Of a stretch of DNA of 64,000 nt, positions 57,641 to 64,000 are shown piece by piece. Location of the stretch: positions 5,340 through 69,339 of the forward strand of contig CAYLIB010000004.1 of assembly GCA_964384035.1 (NCBI GenBank). Reading direction: 5' to 3'. The DNA is from an uncultured Candidatus Saccharibacteria bacterium (GTDB lineage: Bacteria; Patescibacteriota; Doudnabacteria; UBA920). The position numbers were made by a program, and so were the translations under genes. The notes beneath the pieces were generated by a model. The model did not search any database. It worked only from the letters and a program-made list of their open reading frames with translations, and was not told the origin of the DNA. How positions within the stretch are numbered: the stretch's first letter is position 1; each line of letters opens with the position of its first letter.

Positions 57641-59227
57641 ATGAATAGTTTGACGTTGCCGAGACTTGGCATGCTTCAATCCGATATGTACCAGCTAACC
57701 ATGCTGTACGCATATTGGAAAAGTGGTACCCATAACAAGCATGCTGTATTTGATCTGTTTTTCCGCAAGACACCTTTCGGTGGAGAATTCGCGGTGTTTG
57801 CCGGGTTGTCTGATGTACTTAGCTATCTTGAGAATTTTCGGTTTACTGCCGAGGATATCGAGGTAGCTCGCGAGTTGTTACCGCACGCAGAACCTGCTTT
57901 CTTCGTTTTTCTTTCTGAGCTTGACGCGAGCGAAGTTAAAATTTACGCGCAACCTGAAGGTTCTTTGGTTTTTCCTCGGACTCCGCTGATTCGAGGCGAA
58001 GGCCCATTGGGTGTGCTCCAATACATGGAGACCACCTCGCTTAACCTCGTTAACTATGCGACTTTGGTTGCGACCAATGCGGCGAGGTTCAGGTTGGCTG
58101 CCGGACCGACTGCTGTGCTAATGGAATTTGGAATGCGTAGAGCGCAGGGTCTGGACGGCGCGCTGACTGCTTCCAAGTATACGTATCTGGGTGGGTTTGA
58201 TTACTCTTCCAATATGCGTTCGAAGCAGATTGATGGTGTTCCTTGTAGAGGTACTCATGCTCATGCTTTTGTCTCTTCCTTTACCGGACTTGAAGACATT
58301 ACGTCTCGGTCTATTACCATGCAAGATGGTGGTGTGAACCAGGACTTTGTCGGCATGGTCTTGCAAATGAGACGAGTGTTGGGCTACAACAAAACGAACG
58401 ATGGAGAATTGGCTGCGTTTATTAGTTACGCACAAGCTTTTCCGTCAGGATTTCTCGCTCTCGTGGACACCTATGACACACTGAAGTCCGGCATTCCTAA
58501 CTACATCTGTGTTGCTTCCGCTTTAGGGTGGATAGGTCTGAGCGCTCAAGGTATTCGTTTGGATTCTGGTGACTTGGCTTATTTATCAAAAGAGGCTAAG
58601 AAGATGATTCTGGATGCCAAAGAAAAAACCGGAGTGGATCTTTCAGGGCAAGCTTCAAAAATCGTGGCGAGTAACGACATTACCGAAGATATTTTGCTGT
58701 CCTTAAAGGAGCAGGGTCATGCAATTGATGTTTTCGGCATTGGAACTCATCTCGTAACCTGTTTGAAACAACCCGCCTTGGGTGGTGTTTATAAACTGGT
58801 GTCCATCGACGGTAAAGACCGGATAAAGCTGTCGCAAGAGAAAGTGAAAATTACTATCCCAGGTCGGAAGAAAGTTTTCAGGCTTTTCGATAGCAATTCG
58901 GAAATGATCGCCGATGTGATGGTGGAAGATGGAAACGCAGAGCCAGAGGAAGGTCAACCGTTTTTACTCAGAGATCCGTTCGATGAGTATAAGCAGATGG
59001 TTGTAGTGCCTTATGCTGTGGAGTCCAGACTCGAGTGTTATTGGGACGACGGTTTGCTTCGTAAGCCCACCTTACAACAAGGTAAGGATTTGCTTCAGTC
59101 TGAACTCAAGAAAATCCGCCCTGATCATTTGCGGTTCTTGAATCCAACACCATACAAGGTCTCGGTCGGTAGTGAACTTTTTGATAAGCTACACAGTCTC
59201 TGGAAGAAAGAGCTTGTGCTTATATAG
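57641..59227 (+). CDS. pncB: Nicotinate phosphoribosyltransferase (SD-led)
   Basis: SDMYQLTM, FDLFFRKTPFGG, EFGMRRAQG, GTHAH, LVDTYD, GIRLDSGDL, ASND, FGIGTHL, GGVYKL; TTGACA at 57563. Confidence 0.95.
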   Translation: MNSLTLPRLGMLQSDMYQLTMLYAYWKSGTHNKHAVFDLFFRKTPFGGEFAVFAGLSDVLSYLENFRFTAEDIEVARELLPHAEPAFFVFLSELDASEVKIYAQPEGSLVFPRTPLIRGEGPLGVLQYMETTSLNLVNYATLVATNAARFRLAAGPTAVLMEFGMRRAQGLDGALTASKYTYLGGFDYSSNMRSKQIDGVPCRGTHAHAFVSSFTGLEDITSRSITMQDGGVNQDFVGMVLQMRRVLGYNKTNDGELAAFISYAQAFPSGFLALVDTYDTLKSGIPNYICVASALGWIGLSAQGIRLDSGDLAYLSKEAKKMILDAKEKTGVDLSGQASKIVASNDITEDILLSLKEQGHAIDVFGIGTHLVTCLKQPALGGVYKLVSIDGKDRIKLSQEKVKITIPGRKKVFRLFDSNSEMIADVMVEDGNAEPEEGQPFLLRDPFDEYKQMVVVPYAVESRLECYWDDGLLRKPTLQQGKDLLQSELKKIRPDHLRFLNPTPYKVSVGSELFDKLHSLWKKELVLI

Positions 59228-59301
59228 TAAGAAATTTTCTTACTTCTTTTTTCTAGGTTCTAAACATTTGGAATTTGGAAATTGGGTTTTTAGGAGGAAT
59301 T

Positions 59302-59493
59302 ATGCTGCTAGTTAATACGCTCTTGGTTTATTGGAAAATTTGGCTTACTGGGTTTGGTGTGGGGATTGCTGTCTTCTTTTTTGGGGGCAGACAGTTTTAT
59401 ACATTGCTTGGTATGTTGATAAGTGTGGTATTCGGATTTTTGTTATTTGTACCACTTATCATAGTTGGGATAGTAAAGTTATTGCACTTGTAG
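59302..59493 (+). CDS. Small two-TM protein (SD-led)
   Basis: tAGGAGGaatt-ATG at 59302. Confidence 0.6.
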   Translation: MLLVNTLLVYWKIWLTGFGVGIAVFFFGGRQFYTLLGMLISVVFGFLLFVPLIIVGIVKLLHL

Positions 59494-59565
59494 GCAATAA
59501 TTTCTTTTTTTCTTTCGCTAATAGAGATATTGGCGTAGGAAATTTGGAAATTTTAGGAGGGGAAT

Positions 59566-60531
59566 ATGAATTCGATTTTAGATCCGGAACAGGTGGTTAT
59601 GGTTAGTACGAAACCATACCAGTACTTCGCGGAACTGCTTGCGCAGAAACTTGGAATTCCTTTTGGGAAAATTAAGATTTCTCGTGAGAGGTTTTCTGAT
59701 GGCGAAGATTATTTGCGTGCAGGAATTGGCGATCGCAACGAACTTGCTGGTAAGGATGTAATTGTTGTTGGTGGGGGTCTGGATAATGCGAGTTTGATTG
59801 AAGTGGTTCGTCTTGGAAATATTTTTGCGCCTAATACGCGCAAAAGAATTTTCGTGAATCCGTTTCAAGCTTACTCAACCATGGAACGAGCGAAAAAACC
59901 AGGAGAGAGTGTAAACGATTGGCTTTACAATATTTACCACTCAATTCCGAACAACGGTTTGGGGAATGCTTTTATGTTCTTAGACCTCCACGAAGAAGGT
60001 CAGCTTAACTCTTTGAAACGTGATCGACAGGCTGCTTCTCTTTATGCAGAACCCGTCATGTTTGAAGCTATTCGTGGATTCACGCTTCCGGAGGTTTTTG
60101 GATCAGCAGATACCGGAAGGCCAGATTGGGTGAAGAGCTATGCGGATAAGTTTGACGTAGAGATTGCAGTCGTAGCGAAAGATCGTGACTTCGAAACTAC
60201 AAAACTTATGTACGCCATTGGTGACGTGGAAGGGAAGGTTGTCTGGATTTATGACGACATGATAAGGTCGTTCGGCACTGCTGAACTTGCGGTGAACGCT
60301 TACCTTTCAAGGGGCGCGAAGGCTGTTTATATGGCATCTACCCATATGACGCTTAACAACGGCAAATGGCGGCGGTGTCTGGACAAGCTGGAGCACTCCA
60401 AGGTCGCACATGTCATAACCACTAACTCGCATCCGGTAACGCAGAAGCTTGCCGTGAGTGGGTCGAAGAAAGTAACCGTTGTGGACGTGAGTGGTGTGTT
60501 CGTAGAACCGATACTCGCGTTACTCAGATAG
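59566..60531 (+). CDS. prs: Ribose-phosphate pyrophosphokinase family (divergent, SD-led)
   Basis: FSDGE, YSTMERA, DLH, SADTG, GDVEGK, DDMIRSFGT, STH, TNS. Confidence 0.85.
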   Translation: MNSILDPEQVVMVSTKPYQYFAELLAQKLGIPFGKIKISRERFSDGEDYLRAGIGDRNELAGKDVIVVGGGLDNASLIEVVRLGNIFAPNTRKRIFVNPFQAYSTMERAKKPGESVNDWLYNIYHSIPNNGLGNAFMFLDLHEEGQLNSLKRDRQAASLYAEPVMFEAIRGFTLPEVFGSADTGRPDWVKSYADKFDVEIAVVAKDRDFETTKLMYAIGDVEGKVVWIYDDMIRSFGTAELAVNAYLSRGAKAVYMASTHMTLNNGKWRRCLDKLEHSKVAHVITTNSHPVTQKLAVSGSKKVTVVDVSGVFVEPILALLR

Positions 60532-60540
60532 GAGAACTAA

Positions 60541-62385
60541 ATGAATTCCGTAAAGCTTTCAATTGGACAGATGCGGGTTAAGCCTGCTTCGCCGATGCAT
60601 AACGCGGAGAGTATGGTCTCGGAAATAAATGAGGCTGTCCGGCGTGGGCAGGAGCTTATTGTGTTTCCGGAAATGGCTATCCCGGGATATTTACTCGGTG
60701 ACCGGTTCGAGTTTGAAGATTTTCTTCGCCAAATCGAATTGGCTAACCAGAAAGTGATTGAAGCCAGCAAGGCCGGTATCGTAGTTATTTTTGGTTCCAT
60801 ATACATTGACCGGGCGAAGAAGGGCGAAGATGGTAGGGTGCGGAAACTGAATACGGCGTTTGTTGCCAAAGATGGGAAATTGGTGCAAAAAGTTGTGAAG
60901 ACGCTTCATCCAAACTACAGGTACTTCTTCGACGATAGACAATTCTTCAGTCTCCGTAAGGTTGCTGAGGAAATTGCTCTGGAGTCTGGGAGACCTTTGG
61001 TTGATGTTTTGCGGGAGCTAATTGTTCCGGTTAGAGTCCGGGTCGGTTCGCAGGAGGTCTCCATTGGCTTGCACCAGTGTGAAGATATGTGGCATGGGGA
61101 CTACAACATTAGCCCCGCACATTTTCTTTACGAGCAGGGTGTAGACTTTTTTGTGAACTTGTCTGCGAGTCCTTGGGGTTGGCAGAAGAACCGCAAACGT
61201 CATCAGGTAGTTAGGGAACTTCTGGCAGATTGTCCTGCGCCGTATGTGTACGTGAACTTTGTGGGTGTAGACCAGATTGGGAAATCTATTATTACCTACG
61301 AAGGAGCGAGCACGGTTTACGATGCCTCGGGACGAATAGTTTACAATGCGCCTCGGCACAAAGAAGGAGTTTACGATTTTCTTCTTTCGGGCCAGATGCG
61401 CGAAGTACACCAGGAAGAACCGAGCGATACGGAACAACTCTATTGGGCGGTGTTTAATGCTATGAAAGCTTGTCTTGGTAACAAGAAAGTTGTGATTGGG
61501 CTTTCTGGTGGCATAGACTCTGCGGTTTCGTTTGCGATGGCGGTTTTGGTTCGTGGGGCAGAAAATGTTATTCCAATTAACATGCCTTACGACTACAACT
61601 CACCCAAACTACAAGACTTTGCAAGAGACATTGCCAGAAATTTCGGCACAGAGTATTTGGTTCAACCGATTGCAGAAATGGCTGAACCTTTCTTGAAGAT
61701 TCGTAGTGTGCAGAAAGAAGGTGTTGCATACGAAAACGTGCTTGCACGTGCCAGGGGAAATATTCTTTGCACTTACGCTCAAACATACGACAACGCGCTG
61801 GTGTTGTGTAACGGCAACAAGGTTGAATATGCTTTTAACTACGGAACGCTTTATGGTGATATCTTAGGAGCGTATGCTTTCCTTGCAGACCTTGCAAAAC
61901 GCGAGGTCAGACAACTTGCGGAATTTATTAACCATATTTACGGTAGGGAAATGATTCCGCAGGAAGTGATAGACCAGAAACCGTCGGCGGAACTAAAGAC
62001 TGGTCAGTTCGATCCGTTCGATTATGGTGACCTGAAAGAAAGAGGTTACCATGATGAACTTGTTCGGGCTTTTACAGAATTCCGTGCGACACCTGCGTGG
62101 GTGCTAGAGCATTTCGCTAATGGTACTCTGGAAGAAGTTATGAAACTAACTCCCGGTAGGCTGGCAAAGTGGTTCTCCAATGGAAATGGTGGTGTGGACA
62201 AGAGAGCCTTTGTTTCGGATTTGGAGCGATGGTGGGCACAGTTCCAGGCTCCTTTCAAACGGAACCAATCGCCATATATTCTGGTGGTAAGCAGGAAAGC
62301 ATTCGGGCACGACTTGGTTGAATCTATGTTTCCGATGGAAGAGACTGCTCGGTATAGCGAACTGAAATCTGCCTTACTCGGGTAG
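60541..62385 (+). CDS. nadE: Glutamine-dependent NAD+ synthetase (SD-led)
   Basis: Nitrilase triad FPEM / KTLHPNY / CEDMW; GLSGGIDSA; NKVE..YGTLYGD; PSAEL. Confidence 0.93.
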   Translation: MNSVKLSIGQMRVKPASPMHNAESMVSEINEAVRRGQELIVFPEMAIPGYLLGDRFEFEDFLRQIELANQKVIEASKAGIVVIFGSIYIDRAKKGEDGRVRKLNTAFVAKDGKLVQKVVKTLHPNYRYFFDDRQFFSLRKVAEEIALESGRPLVDVLRELIVPVRVRVGSQEVSIGLHQCEDMWHGDYNISPAHFLYEQGVDFFVNLSASPWGWQKNRKRHQVVRELLADCPAPYVYVNFVGVDQIGKSIITYEGASTVYDASGRIVYNAPRHKEGVYDFLLSGQMREVHQEEPSDTEQLYWAVFNAMKACLGNKKVVIGLSGGIDSAVSFAMAVLVRGAENVIPINMPYDYNSPKLQDFARDIARNFGTEYLVQPIAEMAEPFLKIRSVQKEGVAYENVLARARGNILCTYAQTYDNALVLCNGNKVEYAFNYGTLYGDILGAYAFLADLAKREVRQLAEFINHIYGREMIPQEVIDQKPSAELKTGQFDPFDYGDLKERGYHDELVRAFTEFRATPAWVLEHFANGTLEEVMKLTPGRLAKWFSNGNGGVDKRAFVSDLERWWAQFQAPFKRNQSPYILVVSRKAFGHDLVESMFPMEETARYSELKSALLG

Positions 62386-62392
62386 TAATACT

Positions 62393-62416
62393 ACTCACTT
62401 TTTAGTGAGTTTTTTT
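62393..62416 (+). terminator. Intrinsic terminator
   Basis: actcact-tttt-agtgagttttttt. Confidence 0.7.
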
Positions 62417-62483
62417 ATTGACTAAACTTGGTAAATAGATGAATATATAGTGTTTTCCAGCAAATTTTCAACTAGGAGGAAGT

Positions 62484-63380
62484 ATGAAGAACATCTATAT
62501 TCCCAAGACAGAAAGGGAGTGGATTGAGTTCGTTTTGGACCAGCTAATTCCAGATGCGGATATGCGGAAATACTGGTTGGTGCAAAAGGGTGTGAGATTT
62601 GTAGTGGCTCACAAAGCAATGGGCTTCTATGAGGTGTCGGATAATAGTGAAGTGGCGACCGCTTCCAGTTTTACCAACTGGGCAGAAATGCGCGGGTATT
62701 CAAACCCTGCGATGCAGTCGCTTTACTATCTACATGAAATTCCGCTTCACGGCGTGTTTCAGTATGTGATTAATCCGAATGGGATGACTATTGATTCATT
62801 CATTAATGCATATCAGGAACCTGCAGAAACTGTTGCTAGTAATGGGAGTGAAATTGGTGTGTACCGGGACATTCGCTTTTACAGAGATAAGGTTTTCCAA
62901 GATCAGGAAATTTTGAGCGACAGAATACAGCGGCGTGGGTTTGTGAGCTGGCCGAGTGTTTATGACTTGGCTCAGTTCAGGCGTAAGCTTGTAAACACAG
63001 ATGAGCTTGATTGGCTCTATTTTAAAACGAGGGAACAAGAAGATCCTGTTCGCGACTGGGTAAAGCAGTGGGGGGAGACGAATACGAATTGGAGCAAGAA
63101 GCGGTTTAAGCAACTACAAAGCTTGAAACTTAAGAACCAATACGTTTTTCCGGGATGTACCCATTATGGTTACCGGGAAGAGCTATGGTCATGGAAGTTT
63201 AACTTCAGCAAATCACGGTACGAGCGTTTAGTGAAAACTAATTGCGAGTTACTTTACGATATGTTGGGTAGGAATGATGCACCAAAAACTTTCGAGGAAT
63301 GTTTGGAAAGAGTACCCGAGGAACTTGAAGGGGCGGTGTTTCCGTTAGCTAATCAAGAGGAGGTGAAAAATGGAATCTAG
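62484..63380 (+). CDS. Hypothetical protein (SD-led), possible metal-binding LHEIPLH
   Basis: tAGGAGGaagt-ATG; 298 aa, aromatic-rich. Confidence 0.7.
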   Translation: MKNIYIPKTEREWIEFVLDQLIPDADMRKYWLVQKGVRFVVAHKAMGFYEVSDNSEVATASSFTNWAEMRGYSNPAMQSLYYLHEIPLHGVFQYVINPNGMTIDSFINAYQEPAETVASNGSEIGVYRDIRFYRDKVFQDQEILSDRIQRRGFVSWPSVYDLAQFRRKLVNTDELDWLYFKTREQEDPVRDWVKQWGETNTNWSKKRFKQLQSLKLKNQYVFPGCTHYGYREELWSWKFNFSKSRYERLVKTNCELLYDMLGRNDAPKTFEECLERVPEELEGAVFPLANQEEVKNGI

Positions 63381-64000
63381 GCAGCAAACGAGGAAAGAAG
63401 AAATTGCTGAAATCCAGAGACGATTTGGAGTTATGCAGGCGGTCTATTCTTACCCGAATCCGGAATTAAGAGAGTTGGTAATTCCTGGGGTGGTGAATGG
63501 TACCGAAATGTCATTTCGGAGTGTGGCGCCGGCTTGGACTGAGGTTGAACCTTTGGATTACGGCATGGACCGCGCGGGCGTGTCTGTTATGGAAAAGTTT
63601 TTACTCGAATTTGAATCTATGATGAAATTTGAAAAAACCGATTTTCCGAATAGGTACTGGACGCCAGGTGGTTATCATGGTCTGTTTCATCTGTTTAATC
63701 ACATTGCGAATAACTGCCTTGAGAAACCGTACATTTACGTTTTTCACGGTGAGTATGAGGGTGTGTTTGAGCATATTACCGGTCAGAATAATCTCCCTGC
63801 GGTAGCGGTTCCGGAGAGTGTTCCACCGAAGCATTTAGTAAGAAAAGGGATCGATTATTTGTACGTCTCTCAACCGAACGCGAGGGATGGTCGAGTAATA
63901 GATCCTGCTGTGCTTCAGGAGTGGAGTGATGCTGGGGCTAAAATAATTCTCGATGCGGCTTACCTTGGAATGGTAGACGAGCATATTGATGCTACTATGC
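63370..64000 (+). CDS. PLP-dependent fold-type-I (aminotransferase-like) protein, runs off window (not in ORF track)
   Basis: GAGGAGGTGaaaa-ATG at 63370; open to end; YVSQPNARDG and IILDAAY motifs. Confidence 0.7.
   Translation, partial: MESRQQTRKEEIAEIQRRFGVMQAVYSYPNPELRELVIPGVVNGTEMSFRSVAPAWTEVEPLDYGMDRAGVSVMEKFLLEFESMMKFEKTDFPNRYWTPGGYHGLFHLFNHIANNCLEKPYIYVFHGEYEGVFEHITGQNNLPAVAVPESVPPKHLVRKGIDYLYVSQPNARDGRVIDPAVLQEWSDAGAKIILDAAYLGMVDEHIDATM

Noticed and set aside
57641-60531. Phage NARP1 (Adps+Namat) or a prophage
   Set aside because: The PRTase has PncB-type motifs and comes with PncA/NadD/NadE; no phage structural, integrase or replication genes.
45566-64000. Single recently inserted genomic island with defined ends
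   Set aside because: No flanking repeats or mobility genes seen, SD-less genes are interleaved, and SD-class genes also occur singly far upstream; HGT of individual genes is not excluded.

Overview
AT-rich, G-skewed bacterial chromosome segment (genetic code 11). The gene content and style look like Patescibacteria/CPR, which is an inference from reduced-style metabolism, CPR-type surface and orphan proteins, and core genes without Shine-Dalgarno (SD) motifs. 1-44 kb is mostly housekeeping: glmS, tdh/kbl, yvcK, a GNAT next to a half-length GlmU, pgk, gap, pyk, mscL, msrA, dnaG-rpoD and tRNA-Ser(GGA), punctuated by a family of large palindromic REP/MITE-like elements. 45.5-64 kb is an accessory region: K+ channel, NrtR with its own operator, a kinase-like/vWA/adenylosuccinate-synthetase-like module, and the enzymes needed to rebuild NAD+ from nicotinamide plus ADP-ribose (PncA, NadD, Nudix, PncB, Prs, NadE). 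The strongest unannotated signal is a split into two gene classes. Core genes start after AT-rich leaders with no SD, or are near-leaderless. About 25 accessory genes, including the NAD and kinase-vWA-PurA genes but not nrtR, have strong GGAGG-type SD sites, and many have their own promoter, 5' hairpin and terminator. One hypothesis is a gene set built for translation by different (possibly host) ribosomes. Horizontal acquisition is the main alternative. All calls come from motif recognition by eye; no searches were run.
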